Below, one piece after another: positions 38,083 to 47,660 of a stretch of DNA of 64,000 bases (position 1 is the first letter of the stretch; each line of letters starts with the position of its first letter). The stretch is from NCBI GenBank assembly GCA_963768855.1, contig CAVYJM010000006.1, forward strand, positions 704,001-768,000, in the 5' to 3' direction. The stretch is from an uncultured Thermoplasmata archaeon. GTDB taxonomy: Archaea > Thermoplasmatota > Thermoplasmata > RBG-16-68-12. Under the pieces are notes generated by a model. That model had not been told where the DNA came from and searched no databases. It was given only the letters and a program-made list of their open reading frames with translations. Position numbers and translations under genes: made by a program.

Positions 38083-39450
38083 TCAGCTCTGGTAGCCCAC
38101 GATGACCTGGGGCAGCGGGAACGTCCCGCCGTTCTGCTGGAACGTGGCGAGCGTATCATCCGTGTAGACGACCGCGGCCTTCCCGTTCGCGTTGATGGAG
38201 ATCTCGAACAGGTCCAGCAAGGTCCTCGTGAGGAGCGGGTTCACGCAGCCCGTCCCGCTCGTGCAGATCACGCCGACGTGGTTCGCGTGGTCGGAGACGA
38301 CCGACTGGGAGAAGTGCACGCCGTCCGTGGACTGGCTCATGTAGGTGTTCCAGACCGCGCTCGGGTCGTCCTTGCTCGAAGCTGTCGTCCCGTAGTACGC
38401 GACGTCAATCAGGCCGTTGCGCGCCGCGATGGCGGGGAAGACGGCCGTGGCCGCGTTGCCCGTGTTCACGACGACCGCGGTCGACCAGGTGGTTCCGTGG
38501 TCCGCGCTCATGGAGACGGAGACGCCATGTGCATCCGACCAGGTCGCGAACAGGTTGCCGTTGCTCGGGTCCACCGCGAGCATGGGGAAGACGTTGTTCA
38601 GCGCCGTGAAGAGCGGCGCGTGGTACACGAGGCTCGCCTTCCACGTCCTCCCGAAGTCCGTGCTGCGGGAGACGAAGATGTTGTTGAAGTTCGCGCTCGT
38701 CCCCTTCTGGATCCCGGGCTGGCCCGCCGCGTAGACGGCGAAGACGTCGTGGGTCGTCGGGTCGGCCACGAGCTGTCCCTGGTCGTTGTTGAACGTCGCA
38801 TCGGCGGTCGTCCCATCCTGACCCACGACGGGGTTGCCGACCTTCACCCAGGTGAATCCATCGTCCATCGATCGTTGCACGTGGATGAGCGTGCTCGAGC
38901 CGCTGTCGTGGTAGGAGATGTAGACGACCGGTCCGTCCGACGTGATCCACTGGCGATCCGCCTGCGTCGTGTCGATGAGCTTCGCGGTGCACCCCGTGAA
39001 GTCGGACGCGGACGCGAAGTGTGGACATGCGATGGCGGACACGCCTAGCTGGGCCGCGTTCATCGTCGGGTTGAAGATGAACATGAGCGTGGACGCGTGG
39101 AGCGTGCCCGTGGACCCGAAGTCCAGGTCCTCGTCACCGCCGCCGATTCCGGTCCCGATGTGCGCGTCAATGGGTCCGATGGCGGCCGGCGCCGTCCCGA
39201 AGGAACCCTTCCAGACGTCCGTCTGGAACTGGAACCAGTCGAGTCCGCCGAGGACCACGGTGCCATCCGGGCCGATCGTGACCGCGGGCTCGCTGCCGCC
39301 CATGCCGGGCGAATCGGGTTGCAGCAGGAAATTCGAGAAAGTCACGGTCGTCGAGGGGGGCTTCGCGTAGGCTCCGGTTCCGAAACCGACCGCGGCGACC
39401 ACCGAGCCGACCAACGCCAAGCTCACGAACAGGGCGAGTGCGATACGCAT
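38083..39450 (-). CDS. Secreted BNR/Asp-box beta-propeller (sialidase-like) protein
   Basis: Signal peptide MRIALALFVSLALVGSVVAAVG; Asp boxes RSMDDGFTW, RSTDFGRTW, MSADHGTTW, QSTDGVHF. Confidence 0.85.
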   Translation of the reverse strand: MRIALALFVSLALVGSVVAAVGFGTGAYAKPPSTTVTFSNFLLQPDSPGMGGSEPAVTIGPDGTVVLGGLDWFQFQTDVWKGSFGTAPAAIGPIDAHIGTGIGGGDEDLDFGSTGTLHASTLMFIFNPTMNAAQLGVSAIACPHFASASDFTGCTAKLIDTTQADRQWITSDGPVVYISYHDSGSSTLIHVQRSMDDGFTWVKVGNPVVGQDGTTADATFNNDQGQLVADPTTHDVFAVYAAGQPGIQKGTSANFNNIFVSRSTDFGRTWKASLVYHAPLFTALNNVFPMLAVDPSNGNLFATWSDAHGVSVSMSADHGTTWSTAVVVNTGNAATAVFPAIAARNGLIDVAYYGTTASSKDDPSAVWNTYMSQSTDGVHFSQSVVSDHANHVGVICTSGTGCVNPLLTRTLLDLFEISINANGKAAVVYTDDTLATFQQNGGTFPLPQVIVGYQS

Positions 39451-39804
39451 GCTTCGCTCCTCCTCCAAGAGGTGCGCGGGCGAAGACGGGAGCGTGTCAA
39501 ATACCTTTCCCCAAGGAGAAACGTTGTTCTCAACGGTGAGAGGAAAGCATGGGCCACCGGGGAGCTGGGAAGAAGCCACCGCAGGGAAGCAGCCCAAGAA
39601 TGGGTATGCAACCAAGTAGTCCCCGGATAACGTGCCCGCTCGGGGGCGGCGGAGGCGGGCACCTTTCCTTTATGACCACCTGTGACTCTCTCGGGGGCGG
39701 GTGATGCTTTGCCAGCGACCGGTGAAAGCCTGAAACGGAGGCGACCAGGTCCGTCCATCTCCTCCTCGAGAAGCCCCATCGACCTATGCCGTGACGGGTG
39801 AGCC

Positions 39805-39942
39805 ATGGGCGCATGCGCTGAATGCGGAGCGGAGACAGAGTTCGAATGGGCCCGGCCGGATGTATCGAAGCAGAAGATTGAACAGGTCGGACCCAAGGAC
39901 CTCATCTGCCTGCGATGTTACATGCGCCTCCATTGGTCGTAG
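39805..39942 (+). CDS. 45-aa CxxC...CxxC zinc-finger microprotein
   Basis: GGGTGAG upstream; MGACAECGAETEFEWARPDVSKQKIEQVGPKDLICLRCYMRLHWS-stop; below the ORF-track cutoff. Confidence 0.6.
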   Translation: MGACAECGAETEFEWARPDVSKQKIEQVGPKDLICLRCYMRLHWS

Positions 39943-40087
39943 GGCTTTGACAAGCTGGAAGGACATCACATCGTGTCGTGAGTGGTGTCGCCTCCGCGAG
40001 CGCAACTGATTCGCGGCGGTGGACGGCCTCAAAACCGAAGCGCGGGCACCTTCCCTGTTCGCGGCCATCGAGGTAAGCGTTCTCTGG

Positions 40088-40435
40088 TTATTCGATATGC
40101 GCATGGACAAACGAGTTTGTGCTTTCGGCCTTCTGAAGGAATGTTAGGAGTCGTTTGAGTCCCTGCTTCAGTGGCGAAGTCAAGAGTGCTCCAACCTCGG
40201 AACCTTCGGTGACCAAGTACTCGATGTCTCGCACCAACGCAGGGATTTCATCCGGCGAGAAGGTCTCGTCCGAGCAGGCTGGTGCAGGTCCCAATCGGCG
40301 GAGTTGTCGCAACTCCCGCGTGAGTCTTCCGATGAGCTTCCATAGTTCGTCTTCGACGTGGTCGTCCAGAGAAATGGCCTTCGGCGCTCGGTAGGCGTCC
40401 GCTACTGTCCGCCCCGAACTTATCGAAATCGGCAT
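40088..40435 (-). CDS. Hypothetical protein (115 aa) in the islet
   Basis: ATG at 40435; protein-like helical sequence; atypical codon usage. Confidence 0.55.
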   Translation of the reverse strand: MPISISSGRTVADAYRAPKAISLDDHVEDELWKLIGRLTRELRQLRRLGPAPACSDETFSPDEIPALVRDIEYLVTEGSEVGALLTSPLKQGLKRLLTFLQKAESTNSFVHAHIE

Positions 40436-40519
40436 TGGTCTTTCCAGATGTGTCAGCGTCCTCCTCGAATCCTTTCTCCCGGCATAGCCCTTCCGGCCGC
40501 TCGGGGGAGACGGGAGGCA

Positions 40520-40593
40520 AGCCACCGCAGGGATTCGAACCCCGGACCTGCAGTTTACGAAACTGCCGCTCTAACCGGCTGAGCTACGGTGGC
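40520..40593 (-). tRNA. tRNA-Thr(CGT)
   Basis: GCCACCG acceptor, anticodon arm GCAGT-TTCGTAA-ACTGC, T loop GGTTCGAATCC, U73. Confidence 0.96.
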
Positions 40594-40689
40594 GCGAGTC
40601 GCGCTGAAAGGTTCCTGCCCCATAAAGATTCCGTGCTCGGTCCGTGCCTCTCCGCCAACGTTTAAACCTGTCCGGACCATCGGCCCGTC

Positions 40690-41817
40690 GTGCCCCGCGT
40701 CTCCGGTTGGTACTACGACGGCCGCGGATTCAAGGCGGGGACGGTCGGATGGGAGGACGGCGTCATCGTGGAGGCCCGCTCCGGCCGCGTGCGGGACGCA
40801 CTCGCCGAAGGCCTCGTGATCCCTGGCCTTTGGAACGCACACACCCACCTCGGAGACGCGGTCGTGACCCAGGAGCTACGGGGAACGATCGAGGACCTCG
40901 TGGCCCCTCCGGACGGCCTGAAGCACCGGGTACTCGCCAAGGCGACGGACGAGGCGGTCATCGCGGCGATGCGCCGCGCGATGGCCACCATGCTCCGCAC
41001 CGGAACGACAGGGTTCTCGGACTTCCGCGAGGGGGGTCTCCGTGGGCTGAAGCAGCTCTACGCGGCCCTCGTCGTCCTCCCGCTGGAAGGCGTCACCCTC
41101 GGACGTCCGGTCGGCCTGAGATACGATCCACGCGAGGTCTCCGCGCTGATCCGTGCCAGTGACGGCATCGCGGTGAGCTCCTACATCGACTGGCCCGCCG
41201 CTGATCTCGCGAAGATCGCGGCCGACGTGAGGCGGGCGAAGAAGGTCTTCGCCATCCATTGCTCCGAACGGGTCCGGGAGGACATCGATGCCGTGCTGGA
41301 CCTCAAGCCGTCGTTCCTGGTCCACATGATCCAGGCGACCGATCCGGACCTGGAACGGGTCGCAGACTCGGGCGTGCCGATCGTGGTCTGCCCGCGATCC
41401 AACGCCTTCTTCGGTCTCACGCCGGACATCCCCCGGATGCTCGCCGCGGGGGTCGAGCTCCGCCTCGGGACCGATAACGCGATGATCAACGTGCCGTCCG
41501 TCTTGCGCGAGATGGACTTCGCCTATCGCGTCGCCCGAATGAAGGGCGGGATTCCCGCCCGCGAGGTCTTCGAGATGGCCCTGCGCGGCCGTCGCCTGAA
41601 AGATCCGAAGGCCGCGTGTGCGATCCGTGTGGGCGAACCTGCCGACCTCCTTGTGCTCGACCTTCCCGGGGGCGCGGACGGGTTCGCCTCGGTCCTGCGC
41701 GCGTCCGCGAGCGACGTCCGGCTCGTCGTGTCCCGCGGACGCATCTGGGACGTTTCGCCATCCGCCCGCTCGACCCACGCCACGCGCCCTCCGCGGAATC
41801 GGAAATCCGCAACGTGA
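40690..41817 (+). CDS. Amidohydrolase superfamily protein (SsnA/deaminase-like)
   Basis: PGLWNAHTHLGD, FAIHCSE, LVHM, CPRSN, LGTDN. Confidence 0.88.
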   Translation: MPRVSGWYYDGRGFKAGTVGWEDGVIVEARSGRVRDALAEGLVIPGLWNAHTHLGDAVVTQELRGTIEDLVAPPDGLKHRVLAKATDEAVIAAMRRAMATMLRTGTTGFSDFREGGLRGLKQLYAALVVLPLEGVTLGRPVGLRYDPREVSALIRASDGIAVSSYIDWPAADLAKIAADVRRAKKVFAIHCSERVREDIDAVLDLKPSFLVHMIQATDPDLERVADSGVPIVVCPRSNAFFGLTPDIPRMLAAGVELRLGTDNAMINVPSVLREMDFAYRVARMKGGIPAREVFEMALRGRRLKDPKAACAIRVGEPADLLVLDLPGGADGFASVLRASASDVRLVVSRGRIWDVSPSARSTHATRPPRNRKSAT

Positions 41818-41878
41818 TCGTTCGCCCGGCACCGCGCGACCCCATCCTTTATGACAATCCCTCCCTTTCCCGGCCGGG

Positions 41879-43369
41879 ATGGCCTCTTACGAGGACCTCA
41901 TGTCCCTCTCCGTCCGCCGCGGGTTCCTGTGGCCCGCGGTCGATCTGTACGGAGGATTCGCCGGATTCTACGATTACGGCCACAACGGCGCCCTGCTGCG
42001 GAGGCACTGGGAGGACGCGTGGCTCGAGCACTTCCTCGGCCTGAACGACAACTACTACCTCATCGACACGACGACGATCCTGCCACACGCCGCCCTCAAG
42101 GCATCGGGACACGTGGACCACTTCACGGACCTCCTCGTCACCTGCACCCGCTGCGGGGAATCCTACCGCGCGGACCATTTGCTCGAGGCGGCGACCCACG
42201 AGGAGCACGAGGGCATCACCGCGGCCGAGACGGATGCGAAGATCAAGGCCGTCGGCGTGCGCTGCCCGAACTGTAAGGGGGAGCTGGGACCCTCCCGCCC
42301 GTTCAACATGATGTTCCCCCTCGGCGTGGGCCCGACCGGCCAGGACTCCGCCTTCCTGCGACCCGAGACGGCCCAGGGCGCCTTCCTCAACTTCAAGCGG
42401 GAGTTCGAGGCCCTCCGGCGCAAGCTGCCCATGGGGCTCGCGATCGTCGGCCGCGCGTACCGGAACGAGATCAGCCCGCGGCAGGGGACGTATCGGATGC
42501 GGGAGTTCCTCCAGGCCGAGCTGCAGATCTTCTTCGATCCCGCGACGTTCGCGGACCAGGTGCCGTACTCCGAAGTGGCCGACGTCGCCGTGCGGCTCTG
42601 CTGGGCCGCGGAGAAGAACCAGCCGATCGCGCACGAGCTCGCCGCGAAGGACCTCGTGGCCCGCGGCCTCCCCTCGTGGTACGTGTACCACATGGCGAAG
42701 GTCCAACAGTTCTACATGGACGTGCTCCAGATCCCGCGGGAGCGTTTCCGGTTCGCGGAGCTCGATGAGAAGGAACGCGCGTTCTACAACAAGATCCACT
42801 TCGATGTCCAGGTGAACCAGGACAGCCTCGGCGGGTTCAAGGAGGTCGGGGGCGTCCACTACCGCACGGACCACGACCTGACGGGCCACGAGGCCGGCTC
42901 CCACCAGAAACAGGCCGTGACCGTCGGGACGAACCGGGTCGTCCCCCATGTCCTCGAGCTCTCCTTCGGCGTCGACCGCAACGTCTGGGCGCTCCTCGAT
43001 CTCGGGTATCGACCCGGGGAGCGCGCGGTCCTCCGGGTCCCGCCTCGGCTCGCGCCGATCACCATGGCCGTCTTCCCTCTCGTGAACAAAGACGGTCTGC
43101 CCGAGCGCGCCGAGGCCATTTATCGACGGACCCGGAAGCAGATCACCGCGTTCTACGACGACGCGGGATCGATTGGGAAGCGCTATGCCCGGATGGACGA
43201 GATCGGGACGGCGTTCTGCGTGACCGTGGACCACGAGACCTTGGAGGGGAAAGGGGTGACGCTCCGGGACCGGGACTCGCAGAAGCAGGTCCGGGTCGCG
43301 GACGCGGATCTCGTCTCGCACCTCGAACGCCTGCTGTCCGGTGAGGCGCACTTCGGCGACCCGGCGTGA
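41879..43369 (+). CDS. glyS: Glycyl-tRNA synthetase (alpha2 type)
   Basis: ASGHVDHFTD, FNMMF, LRPETAQG, YRNEISPRQ..RMREF, LELSFGVDR, IGKRYARMDEIG. Confidence 0.97.
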   Translation: MASYEDLMSLSVRRGFLWPAVDLYGGFAGFYDYGHNGALLRRHWEDAWLEHFLGLNDNYYLIDTTTILPHAALKASGHVDHFTDLLVTCTRCGESYRADHLLEAATHEEHEGITAAETDAKIKAVGVRCPNCKGELGPSRPFNMMFPLGVGPTGQDSAFLRPETAQGAFLNFKREFEALRRKLPMGLAIVGRAYRNEISPRQGTYRMREFLQAELQIFFDPATFADQVPYSEVADVAVRLCWAAEKNQPIAHELAAKDLVARGLPSWYVYHMAKVQQFYMDVLQIPRERFRFAELDEKERAFYNKIHFDVQVNQDSLGGFKEVGGVHYRTDHDLTGHEAGSHQKQAVTVGTNRVVPHVLELSFGVDRNVWALLDLGYRPGERAVLRVPPRLAPITMAVFPLVNKDGLPERAEAIYRRTRKQITAFYDDAGSIGKRYARMDEIGTAFCVTVDHETLEGKGVTLRDRDSQKQVRVADADLVSHLERLLSGEAHFGDPA

Positions 43370-43373
43370 CCGC

Positions 43374-44036
43374 ATGCGCGCCGACGGCCTCACGTCCCGT
43401 GCGCTCGTCCGGCTGGATGCGGAGATTGCGCGGACGGTCGCGAGCCGGGATCGGATCGTCCTCGCCTTCTCGGGCGGCCTGGGCAGCCTGCTCGTTGCTG
43501 CGCTCGCCCGAAAACGGTGCGACCTGCATTGCGTCGTGGTCGGGAGCCGTACCTCGGCCGATGTGGGGGCCGCGCTCGTGGCCCAGAAGTTCCTCGACTA
43601 CCCGGTGACCGTCCTGAGCCCGAGCGCCGAACGAGCGCGGACCGTCGGGAGACGGATCCGCTCGGCCGACCCGCTCCTCCCTCTCGAGGAAGTCCTCGCC
43701 CTCGTCCCCCTGGAGTTCGTGGAGGAGCGTCATCCTCTCGAGCCGGTCGTCTCCGGGTTTGGGCTGACGGCACGGACCCCATCCCTTCGCAGGGCGCTCG
43801 AGTCCAAGGCCGGTCGCTGCCCCGGGCTCCGACTGCAGGTCTCGCACTCGACGCGGGTCCCGCTGACCCGGATGGCGGAGGCCACAGGCCTTCCGGTCTC
43901 GTTCATCCGGGCGGCCCCCCGGAGCCCTCTGGAGGGATCCGGCCTAGGTCCTGCCCTGCGTGAGCTGGCGCGCTCTCGGAGGGTCTCGCTCGACCGCCTC
44001 CTCTCCGTCGATAGTCCGTTGCGTGAGAATCAATAA
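43374..44036 (+). CDS. Asparagine-synthase C-terminal-like (PP-loop) protein, divergent
   Basis: LAFSGGLGS (canonical SGGLDS with D to G), VVGSRTSAD; no glutaminase domain. Confidence 0.6.
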   Translation: MRADGLTSRALVRLDAEIARTVASRDRIVLAFSGGLGSLLVAALARKRCDLHCVVVGSRTSADVGAALVAQKFLDYPVTVLSPSAERARTVGRRIRSADPLLPLEEVLALVPLEFVEERHPLEPVVSGFGLTARTPSLRRALESKAGRCPGLRLQVSHSTRVPLTRMAEATGLPVSFIRAAPRSPLEGSGLGPALRELARSRRVSLDRLLSVDSPLRENQ

Positions 44037-44070
44037 CGCCCGGGCCGGCACGTCATTCCCGAATCATCGG

Positions 44071-44093
44071 CTGTTGACTAACAGTTATAAATA
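44071..44093 (+). promoter_or_regulatory. Palindrome CTGTT-GACT-AACAG abutting a TTATAAATA TATA box
   Basis: Inverted repeat at 44071-44084 lies directly before the TATA at 44085-44093, upstream of the longin-like/GTPase genes. Confidence 0.45.
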
Positions 44094-44235
44094 GCTCGCG
44101 CGCGAATCATTACGTTCGCCGTCGTCCGCTCCTTCTGGAGCACAAGTTGGGGGGCATCCACTGACCGAACGTGCACGGGCGCGCACCGCGAGGAGTCTCC
44201 TCGCGCTTCTCGCCATCAGCTTCACGGCGGTCCTC

Positions 44236-45174
44236 GTGCTCAGCCTTTCGCTGCCCGCTTCTGCGTCCCAGCCACGCTCGAACTACGCGCTCACGGTCCT
44301 GATCAACGACTCGCGATCCCCGAAGCTCGGCATCATCCTCGAGATGGATCAGATCACCGGGGACTCCTCGTTCACCTACTGGGCGGAGAACATGACGGCG
44401 AACGTGACCCTCGGCCCTGAGCTCTCCTGGACCGAGGACGGGGCCGCTCTCGGATCCACGATGCAGTTCCAGAACAACGTGAGCGGGATGACGTACTTCA
44501 ACTTCACCGCGTACATCGCGCCCGGCACGCGCGCGAACATGACCGCCGAGCCGAATGAGACCGTGTTCGCCTCGTTCACCACGACGATGGTCTACACCGA
44601 CAACCTCGGAGCGAACCCGCGCACCATCCAGCGTTCCGTTTCCTTCGCGTTGAACTACATCCCGCCGGCTCCTCCGCCCGTCGTCGCCCTCTTACCGGCC
44701 GCCCTCCTAGGCGTGGGCGGCGCCAGCGGGATCGGCGCGATCCTCTACGTTCGCCGACGCGCGCGGCTCGATGAGCTGTACTTGATGCATGACAGCGGGA
44801 TGCTCATCCGCCACTGGTCCCGCGCGCAGGGCAACCCGCACGACAGCGACATCATGAGCGGGATGCTCATCGTCCTCCAGGAGTTCGTCCGGGACACGTG
44901 GAAGACCCACGGAGACGAGGACGCGCCGCTCCAGCAGCTCCGGTTCGGACCCGAGCGGGTCCTGCTCGCGCGAGGTTCGCACACGGTCCTAGCGGCCGTC
45001 GTGCACGGGCGGTACCTGAACGGGCTCCCCACGAGGCTCGCGAGCGCGGTTCAGGAGTTCGAGCGCTCCAACGCGGAACGGCTCGTCGACTGGAATGGAA
45101 ACGTTGACGTGTTTCCGAAAGTGGACCTAATCGCCCAGCAATTCCTCGGGACCCATTCCCGCCCCGCCGCATGA
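44236..45174 (+). CDS. Membrane-anchored protein: extracellular Ig-like domain, TM helix, cytoplasmic longin-like domain; true start probably upstream
   Basis: The hydrophobic signal (SLLALLAISFTAVLV) extends in frame upstream of 44236; TM ends in YVRRR; then LDELYLMHDSGMLI..DSDIMSGML..LQEFVRD..LRFG..VLLARG..LAAVV. Confidence 0.75.
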   Translation: MLSLSLPASASQPRSNYALTVLINDSRSPKLGIILEMDQITGDSSFTYWAENMTANVTLGPELSWTEDGAALGSTMQFQNNVSGMTYFNFTAYIAPGTRANMTAEPNETVFASFTTTMVYTDNLGANPRTIQRSVSFALNYIPPAPPPVVALLPAALLGVGGASGIGAILYVRRRARLDELYLMHDSGMLIRHWSRAQGNPHDSDIMSGMLIVLQEFVRDTWKTHGDEDAPLQQLRFGPERVLLARGSHTVLAAVVHGRYLNGLPTRLASAVQEFERSNAERLVDWNGNVDVFPKVDLIAQQFLGTHSRPAA

Positions 45175-45250
45175 GGGCAGGGTATTCGCACATCTGACAT
45201 CCAGCGGAAAAGCGTTATAAGAGGGTGCCTCGCATCGGAAGCGCTGCGCT

Positions 45251-46072
45251 ATGACTGACGATCGCATCAAGCGCAAGGTTCTCCTCCTCGGAGACGGCGC
45301 TGTGGGCAAGACCTCGCTCATCCGCCGCTTCGTGGTCGACAAGTTCTCCGACGACTACATCACCACGATCGGCACGAAGGTCACGAAGAAGGACCTCCGC
45401 ATCGAGTCGCCGGGCAAGGTCACCGATGTGACCTTCATGATCTGGGACGTCCTCGGCCAGAAGGGCTACCGGAACATCCAGGAGAGCTCCTTCCAGGGAG
45501 CGAAGGGCGCACTCCTCGTCTACGACGTCTCCCGGAAGGACACGCTCCGGTCCGTCCAGGAGTATTGGATTCCTCACCTCATCGAGATCACGAAGCCCAT
45601 CCCGATCGTGCTCGTCGGGAACAAGGTCGACCTCGTGAAGGACCGGGCGGTCGCGCGCGACCAGCTCGAGGACGCGATTGAGGAGCTCCACATCACCGGC
45701 TTCCTGAGCTCCGCGAAGACGGGGGAGAGCGTCGAGGCGAGCTTTGCCTGCCTTGCGAAGGAGGTCATCCGCGAAGCGGAATCGAAGCTCCGGCGCGGCG
45801 AGCGCGTCGAGGAGGACGTCCCGAACGAGCTGATCGCGGTATGCGACCAGATCCTCATGGATTCGTGCGACTCCCTGGGGGGACAGGAGGCTGCGATGCC
45901 CATCGTCCGTCAGCAGATCCTGAAGGCGGGGGTCGACGTCCGGTCGCCGACCGTGGAAGGCCTCAAGCTCGCGGTCGAGTACCTTGCGGAGGCCGAGAGC
46001 GGCTTCCGGAACGCGGAGGACGTCGAGGCGAGCAAGCTCAAGCGGCTGGGCTGGATCAAAGCGATCGCGTGA
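45251..46072 (+). CDS. Rab/Ras-like small GTPase with C-terminal helical extension
   Basis: G1 GDGAVGKTS, G2 YITTIG, G3 WDVLGQ, G4 GNKVD, G5 SSAKTG; about 95 extra C-terminal residues. Confidence 0.92.
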   Translation: MTDDRIKRKVLLLGDGAVGKTSLIRRFVVDKFSDDYITTIGTKVTKKDLRIESPGKVTDVTFMIWDVLGQKGYRNIQESSFQGAKGALLVYDVSRKDTLRSVQEYWIPHLIEITKPIPIVLVGNKVDLVKDRAVARDQLEDAIEELHITGFLSSAKTGESVEASFACLAKEVIREAESKLRRGERVEEDVPNELIAVCDQILMDSCDSLGGQEAAMPIVRQQILKAGVDVRSPTVEGLKLAVEYLAEAESGFRNAEDVEASKLKRLGWIKAIA

Positions 46073-47620
46073 TCAGAGCCCGCGGATCATGTAGGGCTTC
46101 TCGAGGCGGTATCCGAGCGAGCGGTAGTACCCGCGGACCCCGACCCCGGCCGTCACGCGCAGATTTCGCGCGCGGAACTCGTCTCGCGCGACGCGTTCGC
46201 ATTCCTCCATCAGCCGGCGGCCGAGGCCGCGGTGCTGCCACCGGGATCCGGACGGTTCGTGGATCGGCACGAGCCGACCGAAGACCTTGAGCTCCCGTAC
46301 AATCGCATGGTCCCGGTCCGCGCGGAGCCGCGCGTAGGCGACGAGGACCTCCCGCTCCGAATCCTCCAGGCTCAGGAACACCTCCTGCCCTCCCGAGGAC
46401 TCGTAATCCTCTCGCATGAGGCGGATGGCTTCTTCCCGCGGCTCGATCCCCCGGAACCCCACCTCGCGGCACCGCACGCAGTGACACGCTAGCCCGCGGG
46501 CTCGGAGGCGCTCCCTCGCCAGAACACGAAGGTCCCCTTTCGTGGGCCCTCCGTCGATGTACGGAGCACCGATCTCCCGCTGGACCCGCTGGATTCGGCA
46601 CCACCGGGGGACGAACGCCTTCACCCGCGCCACGATCTCGATGGCGTCCTCCATCGAGAGCGGCCGGTAGAGACCGTGCTCCCACATCTCGTGGAGGGCC
46701 GTGTCCTCGAGGACGAGGGTGGGATAGATCTTCAGGAAGTCCGGTCGGTACGCCGGATCGTCGAAGAGGAGGCGGAAAGACTCCAGGTCCCTGTCGAGGT
46801 CGGATCCGGGGAGGCCCGGCATCATGTGGACCCCCACCTTGAGCCCCGCCTCCTTGGCCCGCCGGAGCGCCTCCCGGCTCTGGGCGTCCGTGTGGCCGCG
46901 ATGGACACGCTCGAGGACGTCGTCGTGGGTGGACTGGAGGCCGAGCTCCACGCGGGTGGTCCCTAGGGCGAGGGAGTGCGCGACCTCTCGTCCGAGGAAG
47001 CAGTCCGGCTTCGTCTCCACGGTGAGCCCGATGCATCGGACCGGAGCAGCCTCGTTCGCTTCCTGGGCCGCCTCCAGGTCTGCCGCGATCTCTCCGTTCA
47101 TCGCGTCCAGGCAGCCCTTCACGAACCACTCCTTGTAGCCGTCTTCCATCGAGGTGAACGTCCCCCCGAGGATGATGAGGTCCACCTTGTCCGTTCGATG
47201 GCCGATCTCCTGGAGGGCCCGCACCCGGGAGAGGGTCTGCGCGTGCGGGTCATACCGGTGGTCCGCCGCCCGCCGCGCCGCGGGCTCGGTCCCCGTGTAG
47301 GACTGGGGCGTGTGGAACCGCGGGCCTCCAGGGCAATAGACGCAGACCCCATGCGGGCAGGCGTGGGGCGCGGTCATGACCGTGACCACCGCCACGCCGC
47401 TCGCGGTGCGGGCAGACTTCGTCCTCAGGAGGTCCTCGAACACGTCCCGATCCGCGTCGGAGAGCTGCCCGAGGATCGTCGCATCGCTCGGGACGCCGCC
47501 GAGGCGGTGGACGCGCGCGAGCCGGAGCTTGGTCTCGTGGAGCTGAACCTTGTTCTGGGGAGGGTCCGCCCTCAGCGTTTCGACCAGCTCGTCATAGAAG
47601 GCCGCCTCGGATGCGAGCAT
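46073..47620 (-). CDS. elp3: tRNA uridine(34) acetyltransferase Elp3 (radical SAM + KAT)
   Basis: RTASGVAVVTVM..CPHGVCVYCPGG, SYTGTEPAA, VETKPD, RVELGLQS, LKIYPTLV, WQHRGLGRRL, VTAGVGVRGYY. Confidence 0.96.
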   Translation of the reverse strand: MLASEAAFYDELVETLRADPPQNKVQLHETKLRLARVHRLGGVPSDATILGQLSDADRDVFEDLLRTKSARTASGVAVVTVMTAPHACPHGVCVYCPGGPRFHTPQSYTGTEPAARRAADHRYDPHAQTLSRVRALQEIGHRTDKVDLIILGGTFTSMEDGYKEWFVKGCLDAMNGEIAADLEAAQEANEAAPVRCIGLTVETKPDCFLGREVAHSLALGTTRVELGLQSTHDDVLERVHRGHTDAQSREALRRAKEAGLKVGVHMMPGLPGSDLDRDLESFRLLFDDPAYRPDFLKIYPTLVLEDTALHEMWEHGLYRPLSMEDAIEIVARVKAFVPRWCRIQRVQREIGAPYIDGGPTKGDLRVLARERLRARGLACHCVRCREVGFRGIEPREEAIRLMREDYESSGGQEVFLSLEDSEREVLVAYARLRADRDHAIVRELKVFGRLVPIHEPSGSRWQHRGLGRRLMEECERVARDEFRARNLRVTAGVGVRGYYRSLGYRLEKPYMIRGL

Positions 47621-47660
47621 GTCCCCGTTGGGAGTCGCCAGAGCTGGACGCCGCCATAAA

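Larger units (their letters stand above)
39573..40533. mobile_element. Small tRNA-Thr-associated islet (integrated-element remnant) bounded by 15-bp direct repeats
   Basis: AAGCCACCGCAGGGA at 39573-39587 and 40519-40533, the second being the tRNA 3' end; interior has lower GC; no integrase seen. Confidence 0.65.
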
